This document shows positions 37,172 through 52,100 of a stretch of DNA of 64,000 nucleotides, one piece after another; position 1 is the stretch's first letter, and every line of letters begins with the position of its first letter. The notes below the pieces were generated by a model. The model was not told the origin of the DNA and searched no databases. It saw only the letters and a list, made by a program, of their open reading frames with translations. Source of the DNA: Fimicolochytrium jonesii (lineage: Eukaryota); contig NW_026515693.1 in the NCBI RefSeq assembly GCF_025526975.1, positions 1 through 64,000 of the forward strand, in the 5' to 3' direction. A program made the position numbers and the translations under genes.

Positions 37172-40100
37172 CGCGGCTTATCCTTAGCCTCGTCGGACTT
37201 CTTGTCCTTCTTCTTTTTAGGACAATCTCGCGCACGATGGCCCATCTCACCACAATCGAAACACTTCATGTGCGAGAGGCCTGGGCGTGCGTAAGGTTTA
37301 GCAGCTTCCGCCTTCTTAGCTTTCCCCCCCTTCTTGCCCACAGTACCGGCGGCAGAAGAGACATTAGCACGTTTAGGCGCACTACTACCAGAAGCAACCG
37401 CTTTATTGTTTGCGTCAGTTCCCTTATCAGCGAGACGACGTACAGCAAACGAACTAAGCGCACGATCCATCAAACGAATCAATGGAATGCGAGCAGAGGG
37501 TGTTGCTCCCTATAATCGACCATCGTATGCAATAACAACTGGGCGATCTCATAGCCGACGGTATTGGTCTTATCGCGAGTAAGACCACAAAGGAACAGGT
37601 TATTCAAATCGTCCGGAGTGATAACCTCCAGGTTGCGCTGTGCCTTGGCAACGATTCGTTTGAACTCCATCACATACGAATCCATTGACTTATGAAAAGT
37701 CATTCGGTGCAGAGCATTGAGCGCGTTGGTTTTCGCGTTCGTAGGATAAAACGCTAGTTTGAAAGCCGTTTCAAAATCCTCTTTCCACATGTCAAGCCTG
37801 CATGCGGTGTCAAACCAGGTACGTGCGTTGCCTTCAAGCGAGCTGGATACCTTCTGCATGTACTTAAAGTCGTCAATCGGAAGACCAAAAGTAACCATGA
37901 AGTCCGTATGCTTCTGCAAAAACGTGTCGACAAAAGCGGCCTCGCGCCGTTTGCCATTAAACGGATGCTGCGAGATCCATGTGCCATGATGCCTACGCTG
38001 CTTGATATAGAACGGATCCACAGACCCATCCTGCTGCACATCACGGTGCATTGTGGACTCACGCTCCAACGTAGCTCGCAAACAATCCTGTCGAGCCTGA
38101 TGTTCGTTGGCATGTTGATTGCAAACTTCTGCTTGAGCAGCATCAATTCGGGCATTGAACTCCTCACCGGAGATTGTCAACATAGCCGTAGCGGGTGGGT
38201 TACCAGCAGGAGGTGGAGATGGTCCACCGACCTGAATACCCTCCATTGGAACAGGTCCCGTCGTTTGAGGAGGAAGAGGAAGGCGAACTTCAACACGAGG
38301 CTCGTCAACCAAACTCTCCGGCTCCTCAACGATCTCAGTAATACCAGCTGTACCCCCTGGAGTGTTGTCCTCACTCCTGGTAACTGTACTACCCGTTGAC
38401 GTACTCATGACGACCTTCTGGCCAGTGTAATCACGTTTTCAGTTTGAATAACCTCAAACAACGACGAAGAGGTCCAGAATGCGGACAGCAGTACTCCGTT
38501 GATGTTGTATAGCTCAGTACCTCGAGCAAATACACACAAACAACTAGGTTTCGAATCAGGTATATGCCGTATGCAATAACCCAAATTCGGGCATAGATTT
38601 CCCCTCTTTTTGAGCGAAAAATCAAAATCCACCATGTCCGATGTGGGCGGGCTTTGGCTATGTTGATCCTAAACAGGATCTGAAGCTATCAGTTTAAAGA
38701 GCCCTTTGAGAGGATCAAGAAGAACCCTAACGGGTTAGCTCTGTCCCAAAACTGAAAGACTTTTCCTATCCGCCCGTTTTCGCTTAAGTATCAAATTTAC
38801 GACAAAGGTGATGACAGATTACTCGTTTTGCAGTGATTCAAGAATCCCAAAATGTTCAGGTAATTTCCAGGTAATTCTCTAGATCGGGAAGAACCTTATT
38901 GGGGGTCATTTCGGTCAAAACTGCTGCAGTTTTGCTATACGGAGGTTATAGTGGCAATGAAAAACCCGTTTTTTGATATCTCCGTATCGGTAGGTCGAAT
39001 CTCTTTGAAACTTTCACAAGTCTTCAAGCTCAGTGTGCTCTAAGAGGTTTCCGAGTTTGAAGAGGATCGAATTACTGGGGTAGGATTCCAATCCGTGGAC
39101 GGGTTACTAATTGGCTACTAGTAAACACGCGTTCATGTCGACTATGTGTCGACCGTTGAACGTATACTCTCAAGATGTTGATATACCGAAAGGGTAAGGT
39201 ATGGATGGCAAACTGTGAGTTATGGAGGTTTGTTTAACCATCCAGGTATGAAAAGCAAGGTGGTTGTGACGTATCGGTCGTTCCACTAGGTAAATAACCT
39301 AGAGGTCGGCGCTTTTCGACTATAGCGCACTAGGGGCTTCAGGAGTTACGGTGGACGTTGTCCTGGACGTCCTAAAGGCTATTTGAATCGTCTAGAAGGG
39401 TTGTATTGAAGTGCTGTGACGATTGCTACGTCCGCAATTCGAGATGCTGAAGTTGCCGACGTGTTTATCTACTAGGAAGCTCGTTCTGTTCGAACAAGTG
39501 GTGCTACCATGTGATGTGGACTACCTTCCACATAGGTTGTAGAACTGATGTTCGTATACAATAACTACTTTGCTGTAAGGTATTGTAGACGGACTGGGTG
39601 TTCGCCGGCGCTGCTATTCGGTATGGAGTAAAAGAACTACTTGTTGTGCATAGGAACGCGCGACGAGCACTGTTAAAGTACCCATGAGGTCGGAGTCCAC
39701 TGGAGAACACGTTCCAGTGAGGCATTAAAAGAATTAAAACCTCGATTCCACTGGAGAACACTGTGTGTGACATGTCTTGCACTCCTAGCGAGACATATCT
39801 CGGCCGACACGTCGTTCTCCAACTAGACCGGACAACCCACATTACAAAGGATCAGCTTACCTGATAAGTTCCACAGGACAAGGAGCAAGTTCTGGGGCTT
39901 CATGAACCAGATCCGTCTCATGTTCTCCCTCCAAGCAAACCGCTGCCCAACCAATGCCATCAAGATCCAGACTATTGGAACTTTCCAGATGGGCATGCCA
40001 CAGGCCTGGCTCACTCCTCTCATCGAACGGAACCTCCGTTTGGTCACCAACTACGACAAGTTTGTTCAAAGGTCATCCCAAAGACCTTCTCACCCAGCAA

Positions 40101-43100
40101 CAAATGCAACGGCAAAGGCCATCACCATGCCCTTCCTACCCCAAGTCACCAACAACACCCTACTCCTAGCTGCACAACCCTCAAGACATCCTGTACCAAT
40201 CCGCTCGCCATGCGGGTCCTGACCCCATCCGCACTCTTTGAGCACCCTGTCACCCTACAAACCTCTTCCCGGCAAGCCCTGCTCCAAATCTCCGCCCTCC
40301 TCAACATCGGTGCAATGTCCCGCTTCATGGATGAAAGGTATGCCTGCAAACATTGCATCCCTCTGGTTACAATGGAAACCCCGCCCATGCTCGAAGTGGT
40401 CGATGGCTGCCCCAGCAGCGCTGGCGCTATAACTCATGACACCCAACTCATGGGAATGTGGGTTAACGACCACTTTGAGGAAGTCACCTTCCATGTCACT
40501 CGCTCACGGCATGCTCCCATTATTGTGGGCCCTTCATGGTTTGAGCTGCACAACACGGACAGGCAATGGGAAATCCGCTCCCTAGGATTCCGGTGCAACT
40601 GCGACTTTGACGGCTACGCACACTGGGATCCCTTACCTGCGACACCTACCTCTGAACCCAAGCTGCCAAACCCGTTGATCTGTGTTCCCCAAGACAAAAT
40701 CAAGGTCCCTGTTCCTGAACCTGCCTCCTCCAAACCTAGTACCCAGAACACCGGCACCCCCGAGCCTAGTAACCTAGGCCCCGTCCAGACAATCCAAGTA
40801 TCGTTTACAAAATCCAAATCCCCAGCCTTGCCCAATGCTCCTAAGTCTACCTTCGAAGCACTCCTCCCAGACGAATACCAGGACTTTGCTGATTTGTTCA
40901 AAAAGAAGCATGCAGACACCCTCCCAGAACATCAACCCTATGATTGCCCAAACACCCTTGAACAAGGCAAGCAGCCCCCGTTCAAACCCATCTACAACCT
41001 GAACAAACCGGAAATGAAGGCCCTTGGCGAGTACCTTGAAGAGAACCTTGCCAAGGGCTTCATCTTGCCCTCCAAGTCCCCCTGAAGAAGAAGAATGGGT
41101 CCCTTTGCCTCTGCGTGCAATCTAGTGCCCTGAACAGCATCACCATCAAGAATCGCTACACTATACCTCTCATCCCTCGAGTCTTCTCGTTCAGGCATCG
41201 CCGCCTTGAATCTTTTAGACTTCTTTCTGATGTCAAAGGACCGCAGATCGGCCGCATTACAGGATGACTGGGATTCACATTTCCTAGTTACTGGTCTGGC
41301 AACCAGGGTATGTTCAACTTCATCTGCACGGAATCGTAGAACAGGAATCTCGTCTTCTATGTGCTCGAAACGAACATCGTCAAGCATATAGATCCATGGC
41401 AATCCCAGAATAACATCTACCCGCGGGGGGGCAACCACAAATGGAAGCGCTTCTCGCGAGTAGTGTCGTTCAGCTCCCCATAACCGAAGATCGCCACAAA
41501 ATAACCTGTTGGCGTTGAATGTATGGCCGTCGTCGCCCCAGGCGACATCAATGGGCATTTCAGGGTTATAGGTTTGGAAACCATGTTTCGACACCCATCC
41601 CTGACGTACCATCAGTGTTGTGCATCCCGTATCGATCAGAATGCGGCAAAACTTGCCATTCAACTTGCCATGAACTACAAATGCACAGCGTGCGATCAAC
41701 GCATCGGGTTGCAGTTGCAGTGCTTCAGGCCTAGTCTTCAAAACGGTCTCAGTGTCGTCTGGCTGGCACAGGCGCGCCCCCGCAGCAGACGTATTGCCAC
41801 AATCAACTAGTATACCATCAGCGGACTCAGGGCATTATAGCCTCAAGCTCCTCTTCAATGGACATCATTGCACAATGAGACGAATAAACGGTGTCTTTAT
41901 TAAACGTCTCTACTGAGAACCCTTTTTCTGACCAGCGTCCCAACGCGGCTTATCCTTAGGCCTCGTCGGACTTCTTGTCCTTCTTCTTTTTAGGACAATC
42001 TCGCGCACGATGGCCCATCTCACCACAATCGAAACACTTCATGTGCGAGAGGCCTGGGCGTGCGTAAGGTTTAGCAGCTTCCGCCTTCTTAGCTTTCCCC
42101 CCCTTCTTGCCCACAGTACCGGCGGCAGAAGAGACATTAGCACGTTTAGGCGCACTACTACCAGAAGCAACCGCTTTATTGTTTGCGTCGGTTCCCTTAC
42201 CAGCGAGACGACGTACAGCAAACGAACTAAGCGCACGATCCATCAAACGAATCAATGGAATGCGAGCAGAGGGTGTTGCTCCCTATAATCGACCATCGTA
42301 TGCAATAACAACTGGGCGATCTCATAGCCGACGGTATTGGTCTTATCGCGAGTAAGACCACAAAGGAACAGGTTATTCAAATCGTCCGGAGTGATAACCT
42401 CCAGGTTGCGCTGTGCCTTGGCAACGATTCGTTTGAACTCCATCACATACGAATCCATCGACTTATGAAAAGTCATTCGGTGCAGAGCATTGAACGCGTT
42501 GGTTTTCGCGTTCGTAGGATAAAACGCTAGTTTGAAAGCCGTTTCAAAATCCTCTTTCCGCATGTCAAGCCTGCATGCGGTGTCAAACCAGGTACGTGCG
42601 TTGCCTTCAAGCGAGCTGGATACCTTCTGCATGTACTTAAAGTCGTCAATCGGAAGACCAAAAGTAACCATGAAGTCCGTATGCTTCTGCAAAAACGTGT
42701 CGACAAAAGCGGCCTCGCGCCGTTTGCCATTAAACGGATGCTGCGAGATCCATGTGCCATGATGCCTACGCTGCTTGATATAGAGCGGATCCACAGACCC
42801 ATCCTGCTGCACATCACGGTGCATTGTGGACTCACGCTCCAACGTAGCTCGCAAACAATCCTGTCGAGCCTGATGTTCGTTGGCATGTTGATTGCAAACT
42901 TCTGCTTGAGCAGCATCAATTCGGGCATTGAACTCCTCACCGGAGATTGTCAACATAGCCGTAGCGGGTGGGTTACCAGCAGGAGGTGGAGATGGTCCAC
43001 CGACCTGAATACCCTCCATTGGAACAGGTCCCGTCGTTTGAGGAGGAAGAGGAAGGCGAACTTCAACACGAGGCTCGTCAACCAAACTCTCCGGCTCCTC

Positions 43101-46100
43101 AACGATCTCAGTAATACCAGCTGTACCCCCAGGAGTGTTGTCCTCACTCCTGGTAACTGTACTACCCGTTGACGTACTCATGACGACCTTCTGGCCAGTG
43201 TAATCACGTTTTCAGTTTGAATAACCTCAAACAACGACGAATAGGTCCAGAATGCGGACAGCAGTACTCCGTTGATGTTGTATAGCTCAGTACCTCGAGC
43301 AAATACACACAAACAACTAGGTTTCGAATCAGGTATATGCCGTATGCAATAACCCAAATTTGGGCATAGATTTCCCCTCTTTTTGAGCGAAAAATCAAAA
43401 TCCACCATGTCCGATGTGGGCGGGCTTTGGCTATGTTGATCCTAAACAGGATCTGAAGCTATCAGTTTAAAGAGCCCTTTGAGAGGATCAAGAAGAACCC
43501 TAACGGGTTAGCTCTGTCCCAAAACTGAAAGACTTTTCCTATCCGCCCGTTTTCGCTTAAGTATCAAATTTACGACAAAGGTGATGACAGATTACTCGTT
43601 TTGCAGTGATTCAAGAATCCCAAAATGTTCAGGTAATTTCCAGGTAATTCTCTAGATCGGGAAGAACCTTATTGGGGGTCATTTCGGTCAAAACTTGCTG
43701 CAGTTTTGCTATACGGAGGTTATAGTGGCAATGAAAAACCCGTTTTTTGATATCTCCGTATTGGTAGGTCGAATCTCTTTGAAACTTTCACAAGTCTTCA
43801 AGCTCAGTGTGCTCTAAGAGGTTTCCGAGTTTGAAGAGGATCGAATTACTGGGGTAGGATTCCAATCCGTGGACGGGTTACTAATTGGCTACTAGTAAAC
43901 ACGCGTTCATGTCGACTATGTGTCGACCGTTGAACGTATACTCTCAAGATGTTGATATACCGAAAGGGTAAGGTATGGATGGCAAACTGTGAGTTATGGA
44001 GGTTTGTTTAACCATCCAGGTATGAAAAGCAAGGTGGTTGTGACGTATCGGTCGTTCCACTAGGTAAATAACCTAGAGGTCGGCGCTTTTCGACTATAGC
44101 GCACTAGGGGCTTCAGGAGTTACGGTGGACTGTTGTCCTGGACGTCCTAAAGGCTATTTGAATCGTCTAGAAGGGTTGTATTGAAGTGCTGTGACGATTG
44201 CTACGTCTGCAATTCGAGATGCTGAAGTTGCCGACGTGTTTATCTACTAGGAAGCTCGTTCTGTTCGAACAAGTGGTGCTACCATGTGATGTGGACTACC
44301 TTCCACATGGGTTGTAGAACTGATGTTCGTATACAATAACTACTTTGCTGTAAGGTATTGTAGACGGACTGGGTGTTCGCCGGCGCTGCTATTCGGTATG
44401 GAGTAAAAGAACTACTTGTTGTGCATAGGAACGCGCGACGAGCACTGTTAAAGTACCCATGAGGTCGGAGTCCACTGGAGAACACGTTCCAGTGAGGCAT
44501 TAAAAGAATTAAAACCTCGATTCCACTGGAGAACACTGTGTGTGACATGTCTTGCACTCCTAGCGAGACATATCTCGGCCGACACGTCGTTCTCCAACTA
44601 GACCGGACAACCCACATTACAAAGGATCAGCTTACCTGATAAGTTCCACAGGACAAGGAGCAAGTTCTGGGGCTTCATGAACCAGATCCGTCTCATGTTC
44701 TCCCTCCAAGCAAACCGCTGCCCAACCAATGCCATCAAGATCCAGACTATTGGAACTTTCCAGATGGGCATGCCACAGGCCTGGCTCACTCCTCTCATCG
44801 AACGGAACCTCCGTTTGGTCACCAACTATGAGAAGTTTGTTCAAAGGTCATCCCAAAGACCTTCTCACCCAGCAACAAATGCAACGGCAAAGGCCATCAC
44901 CATGCCCTTCCTACCCCAAGTCACCAACAACACCCTACTCCTAGCTGCACAACCCTCAAGACATCCTGTACCAATCCGCTCGCCATGCGGGTCCTGACCC
45001 CATCCGCACTCTTTGAGCACCCTGTCACCCTACAAACCTCTTCCCGGCAAGCCCTGCTCCAAATCTCCGCCCTCCTCAACATCGGTGCAATGTCCCGCTT
45101 CATGGATGAAAGGTATGCCTGCAAACATTGCATCCCTCTGGTTACAATGGAAACCCCGCCCATGCTCGAAGTGGTCGATGGCTGCCCCAGCAGCGCTGGC
45201 GCTATAACTCATGACACCCAACTCATGGGAATGTGGGTTAACGACCACTTTGAGGAAGTCACCTTCCATGTCACTCGCTCACGGCATGCTCCCATTATTG
45301 TGGGCCCTTCATGGTTTGAGCTGCACAACACGGACAGGCAATGGGAAATCCGCTCCCTAGGATTCCGGTGCAACTGCGACTTTGACGGCTACGCACACTG
45401 GGATCCCTTACCTGCGACACCTACCTCTGAACCCAAGCTGCCAAACCCGTTGATCTGTGTTCCCCAAGACAAAATCAAGGTCCCTGTTCCTGAACCTGCC
45501 TCCTCCAAACCTAGTACCCAGAACACCGGCACCCCCGAGCCTAGTAACCTAGGCCCCGTCCAGACAATCCAAGTATCGTTTACAAAATCCAAATCCCCAG
45601 CCTTGCCCAATGCTCCTAAGTCTACCTTCGAAGCACTCCTCCCAGACGAATACCAGGACTTTGCTGATTTGTTCAAAAAGAAGCATGCAGACACCCTCCC
45701 AGAACATCAACCCTATGATTGCCCAAACACCCTTGAACAAGGCAAGCAGCCCCCGTTCAAACCCATCTACAACCTGAACAAACCGGAAATGAAGGCCCTT
45801 GGCGAGTACCTTGAAGAGAACCTTGCCAAGGGCTTCATCTTGCCCTCCAAGTCCCCCTGAAGAAGAAGAATGGGTCCCTTTGCCTCTGCGTGCAATCTAG
45901 TGCCCTGAACAGCATCACCATCAAGAATCGCTACACTATACCTCTCATCCCTCGAGTCTTCTCGTTCAGGCATCGCCGCCTTGAATCTTTTAGACTTCTT
46001 TCTGATGTCAAAGGACCGCAGATCGGCCGCATTACAGGACGACTGGGATTCCCATTTCCTAGTTACTGGTCTGGCAACCAGGGTATGTTCAACTTCATCT

Positions 46101-49100
46101 GCACGGAATCGTAGAACAGGAATCTCGTCTTCTATGTGCTCGAAACGAACATCGTCAAGCATATAGATCCATGGCAATCCCAGAATAACATCTACCCGCG
46201 GGGGGGCAACCACAAATGGAAGCGCTTCTCGCGAGTAGTGTCGTTCAGCTCCCCATAACCGAAGATCGCCACAAAATAACCTGTTGGCGTTGAATGTATG
46301 GCCGTCGTCGCCCCAGGCGACATCAATGGGCATTTCAGGGTTATAGGTTTGGAAACCATGTTTCGACACCCATCCCTGACGTACCATCAGTGTTGTGCAT
46401 CCCGTATCGATCAGAATGCGGCAAAACTTGCCATTCAACTTGCCATGAACTACAAATGCACAGCGTGCGATCAACGCATCGGGTTGCAGTTGCAGTGCTT
46501 CAGGCCTAGTCTTCAAAACGGTTTCAGTGTCGTCTGGCTGGCACAGGCGCGCCCCCGCAGCAGACGTATTGCCACAATCAACTAGTATACCATCAGCGGA
46601 CTCAGGGCTTATAGCCTCAAGCTCCTCTTCAATGGACATCATTGCACAATGAGACGAATAAACGGTGTCTTTATTAAACGTCTCTACTGAGAACCCTTTT
46701 TCTGACCAGCGTCCCAACGCGGCTTATCCTTAGCCTCGTCGGACTTCTTGTCCTTCTTCTTTTTAGGACAATCTCGCGCACGATGGCCCATCTCACCACA
46801 ATCGAAACACTTCATGTGCGAGAGGCCTGGGCGTGCGTAAGGTTTAGCAGCTTCCGCCTTCTTAGCTTTCCCCCCCTTCTTGCCCACAGTACCGGCGGCA
46901 GAAGAGACATTAGCACGTTTAGGCGCACTACTACCAGAAGCAACCGCTTTATTGTTTGCGTCGGTTCCCTTATCAGCGAGACGACGTACAGCAAACGAAC
47001 TAAGCGCACGATCCATCAAACGAATCAATGGAATGCGAGCAGAGGGTGTTGCTCCCTATAATCGACCATCGTATGCAATAACAACTGGGCGATCTCATAG
47101 CCGACGGTATTGGTCTTATCGCGAGTAAGACCACAAAGGAACAGGTTATTCAAATCGTCCGGAGTGATAACCTCCAGGTTGCGCTGTGCCTTGGCAACGA
47201 TTCGTTTGAACTCCATCACATACGAATCCATCGACTTATGAAAAGTCATTCGGTGCAGAGCATTGAGCGCGTTGGTTTTCGCGTTCGTAGGATAAAACGC
47301 TAGTTTGAAAGCCGTTTCAAAATCCTCTTTCCGCATGTCAAGCCTGCATGCGGTGTCAAACCAGGTACGTGCGTTGCCTTCAAGCGAGCTGGATACCTTC
47401 TGCATGTACTTAAAGTCGTCAATCGGAAGACCAAAAGTAACCATGAAGTCCGTATGCTTCTGCAAAAACGTGTCGACAAAAGCGGCCTCGCGCCGTTTGC
47501 CATTAAACGGATGCTGCGAGATCCATGTGCCATGATGCCTACGCTGCTTGATATAGAGCGGATCCACAGACCCATCCTGCTGCACATCACGGTGCATTGT
47601 GGACTCACGCTCCAACGTAGCTCGCAAACAATCCTGTCGAGCCTGATGTTCGTTGGCATGTTGATTGCAAACTTCTGCTTGAGCAGCATCAGTTCGGGCA
47701 TTGAACTCCTCACCGGAGATTGTCAACATAGCCGTAGCGGGTGGGTTACCAGCAGGAGGTGGAGATGGTCCACCGACCTGAATACCCTCCATTGGAACAG
47801 GTCCCGTCGTTTGAGGAGGAAGAGGAAGGCGAACTTCAACACGAGGCTCGTCAACCAAACTCTCCGGCTCCTCAACGATCTCAGTAATACCAGCTGTACC
47901 CCCAGGAGTGTTGTCCTCACTCCTGGTAACTGTACTACCCGTTGACGTACTCATGACGACCTTCTGGCCAGTGTAATCACGTTTTCAGTTTGAATAACCT
48001 CAAACAACGACGAATAGGTCCAGAATGCGGACAGCAGTACTCCGTTGATGTTGTATAGCTCAGTACCTCGAGCAAATACACACAAACAACTAGGTTTCGA
48101 ATCAGGTATATGCCGTATGCAATAACCCAAATTCGGGCATAGATTTCCCCTCTTTTTGAGCGAAAAATCAAAATCCACCATGTCCGATGTGGGCGGGCTT
48201 TGGCTATGTTGATCCTAAACAGGATCTGAAGCTATCAGTTTAAAGAGCCCTTTGAGAGGATCAAGAAGAACCCTAACGGGTTAGCTCTGTCCCAAAACTG
48301 AAAGACTTTTCCTATCCGCCCGTTTTCGCTTAAGTATCAAATTTACGACAAAGGTGATGACAGATTACTCGTTTTGCAGTGATTCAAGAATCCCAAAATG
48401 TTCAGGTAATTTCCAGGTAATTCTCTAGATCGGGAAGAACCTTATTGGGGGTCATTTCGGTCAAAACTGCTGCAGTTTTGCTATACGGAGGTTATAGTGG
48501 CAATGAAAAACCCGTTTTTTGATATCTCCGTATCGGTAGGTCGAATCTCTTTGAAACTTTCACAAGTCTTCAAGCTCAGTGTGCTCTAAGAGGTTCCGAG
48601 TTTGAAGAGGATCGAATTACTGGGGTAGGATTCCAATCCGTGGACGGGTTACTAATTGGCTACTAGTAAACACGCGTTCATGTCGACTATGTGTCGACCG
48701 TTGAACGTATACTCTCAAGATGTTGATATACCAAAAGGGTAAGGTATGGATGGCAAACTGTGAGTTATGGAGGTTTGTTTAACCATCCAGGTATGAAAAG
48801 CAAGGTGGTTGTGACGTATCGGTCGTTCCACTAGGTAAATAACCTAGAGGTCGGCGCTTTTCGACTATAGCGCACTAGGGGCTTCAGGAGTTACGGTGGA
48901 CGTTGTCCTGGACGTCCTAAAGGCTATTTGAATCGTCTAGAAGGGTTGTATTGAAGTGCTGTGACGATTGCTACGTCCGCAATTCGAGATGCTGAAGTTG
49001 CCGACGTGTTTATCTACTAGGAAGCTCGTTCTGTTCGAACAAGTGGTGCTACCATGTGATGTGGACTACCTTCCACATGGGTTGTAGAACTGATGTTCGT

Positions 49101-52100
49101 ATACAATAATTACTTTGCTGTAAGGTATTGTAGACGGACTGGGTGTTCGCCGGCGCTGCTATTCGATATGGAGTAAAAGAACTACTTGTTGTGCATAGGA
49201 ACGCGCGACGAGCACTGTTAAAGTACCCATGAGGTCGGAGTCCACTGGAGAACACGTTCCAGTGAGGCATTAAAAGAATTAAAACCTCGATTCCACTGGA
49301 GAACACTGTGTGTGACATGTCTTGCACTCCTAGCGAGACATATCTCGGCCGACACGTCGTTCTCCAACTAGACCGGACAACCCACATTACAAAGGATCAG
49401 CTTACCTGATAAGTTCCACAGGACAAGGAGCAAGTTCTGGGGCTTCATGAACCAGATCCGTCTCATGTTCTCCCTCCAAGCAAACCGCTGCCCAACCAAT
49501 GCCATCAAGATCCAGACTATCGGAACTTTCCAGAGCATGCCACAGGCCTGGCTCACTCCTCTCATCGAACGGAACCTCCGTTTGGTCACCAACTACGACC
49601 AGTTTGTTCAAAGGTCATCCCAAAGACCTTCTCACCCAGCAACAAATGCAACGGCAAAGGCCATCACCATGCCCTTCCTACCCCAAGTCACCAACAACAC
49701 CCTACTCCTAGCTGCACAACCCTCAAGACATCCTGTACCAATCCGCTCGCCATGCGGGTCCTGACCCCATCCGCACTCTTTGAGCACCCTGTCACCCTAC
49801 AAACCTCTTCCCGGCAAGCCCTGCTCCAAATCTCCGCCCTCCTCAACATCGGTGCAATGTCCCGCTTCATGGATGAAAGGTATGCCTGCAAACATCGCAT
49901 CCCTCTGGTTACAATGGAAACCCCGCCCATGCTCGAAGTGGTCGATGGCTGCCCCAGCAGCGCTGGCGCTATAACTCAGGACACCCAACTCATGGGAATG
50001 TGGGTTAACGACCACTTTGAGGAAGTCACCTTCCATGTCACTCGCTCACGGCATGCTCCCATTATTGTGGGCCCTTCATGGTTTGAGCTGCACAACACGG
50101 ACAGGCAATGGGAAATCCGCTCCCTAGGATTCCGGTGCAACTGCGACTTTGACGGCTACGCACACTGGGATTCCCTTACCTGCGACACCTACCTCTGAAC
50201 CCAAGCTGCCAAACCCGTTGATCTGTGTTCCCCAAGACAAAATCAAGGTCCCTGTTCCTGAACCTGCCTCCTCCAAACCTAGTACCCAGAACACCGGCAC
50301 CCCCGAGCCTAGTAACCTAGGCCCCGTCCAGACAATCCAAGTATCGTTTACAAAATCCAAATCCCCAGCCTTGCCCAATGCTCCTAAGTCTACCTTTGAA
50401 GCACTCCTCCCAGACGAATACCAGGACTTTGCTGATTTGTTCAAAAAGAAGCATGCAGACACCCTCCCAGAACATCAACCCTATGATTGCCCAAACACCC
50501 TTGAACAAGGCAAGCAGCCCCCGTTCAAACCCATCTACAACCTGAACAAACGGAAATGAAGGCCCTTGGCGAGTACCTTGAAGAGAACCTTGCCAAGGGC
50601 TTCATCTTGCCCTCCAAGTCCCCCTGAAGAAGAAGAATGGGTCCCTTTGCCTCTGCGTGCAATCTAGTGCCCTGAACAGCATCACCATCAAGAATCGCTA
50701 CACTATACCTCTCATCCCTCGAGTCTTCTCGTTCAGGCATCGCCGCCTTGAATCTTTTAGACTTCTTTCTGATGTCAAAGGACCGCAGATCGGCCGCATT
50801 ACAGGACGACTGGGATTCCCATTTCCTAGTTACTGGTCTGGCAACCAGGGTATGTTCAACTTCATCTGCACGGAATCGTAGAACAGGAATCTCGTCTTCT
50901 ATGTGCTCGAAACGAACATCGTCAAGCATATAGATCCATGGCAATCCCAGAATAACATCTACCCGCGGGGGGGCAACCACAAATGGAAGCGCTTCTCGCG
51001 AGTAGTGTCGTTCAGCTCCCCATAACCAAAGATCGCCACAAAATAACCTGTTGGCGTTGAATGTATGGCCGTCGTCGCCCCAGGCGACATCAATGGGCAT
51101 TTCAGGGTTAAAGGTTTGGAAACCATGTTTCGACACCCATCCCTGACGTACCATCAGTGTTGTGCATCCCGTATCGATCAGAATGCGGCAAAACTTGCCA
51201 TTCAACTTGCCATGAACTACAAATGCACAGCGTGCGATCAACGCATCGGGTTGCAGTTGCAGTGCTTCAGGCCTAGTCTTCAAAACGGTTTCAGTGTCGT
51301 CTGGCTGGCACAGGCGCGCCCCCGCAGCAGACGTATTGCCACAATCAACTAGTATACCATCAGCGGACTCAGGGCTTATAGCGTCAAGCTCCTCTTCAAT
51401 GGACATCATTGCACAATGAGACGAATAAACGGTGTCTTTATTAAACGTCTCTACTGAGAACCCTTTTTCTGACCAGCGTCCCAACGCGGCTTATCCTTAG
51501 CCTCGTCGGACTTCTTGTACTTCTTCTTTTTAGGACAATCTCGCGCACGATGGCCCATCTCACCACAATCGAAACACTTCATGTGCGAGAGGCCTGGGCG
51601 TGCGTAAGGTTTAGCAGCTTCCGCCTTCTTAGCTTTCCCCCCCTTCTTGCCCACAGTACCGGCGGCAGAAGAGACATTAGCACGTTTAGGCGCACTACTA
51701 CCAGAAGCAACCGCTTTATTGTTTGCGTCGGTTCCCTTATCAGCGAGACGACGTACAGCAAACGAACTAAGCGCACGATCCATCAAACGAATCAATGGAA
51801 TGCGAGCAGAGGGTGTTGCTCCCTATAATCGACCATCGTATGCAATAACAACTGGGCGATCTCATAGCCGACGGTATTGGTCTTATCGCGAGTAAGACCA
51901 CGAAGGAACAGGTTATTCAAATCGTCCGGAGTGATAACCTCCAGGTTGCGCTGTGCCTTGGCAACGATTCGTTTGAACTCCATCACATACGAATCCATCG
52001 ACTTATGAAAAGTCATTCGGTGCAGAGCATTGAGCGCGTTGGTTTTCGCGTTCGTAGGATAAAACGCTAGTTTGAAAGCCGTTTCAAAATCCTCTTTCCG

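Larger units (their letters stand above)
32840..39846 (-). mobile_element. Chromovirus-type Gypsy element C (5' LTR 39510-39846, 3' LTR 32840-33174), TSD AAGGA
   Basis: PBS TGGTAGCACCAC; AAGGA flanks both ends and is single-copy in the empty site near 58077. Confidence 0.93.

Noticed and set aside
38720..38737. Internal AACCCTAA telomere-like motif (also TTAGGG near 3315)
   Set aside because: Single units expected by chance.
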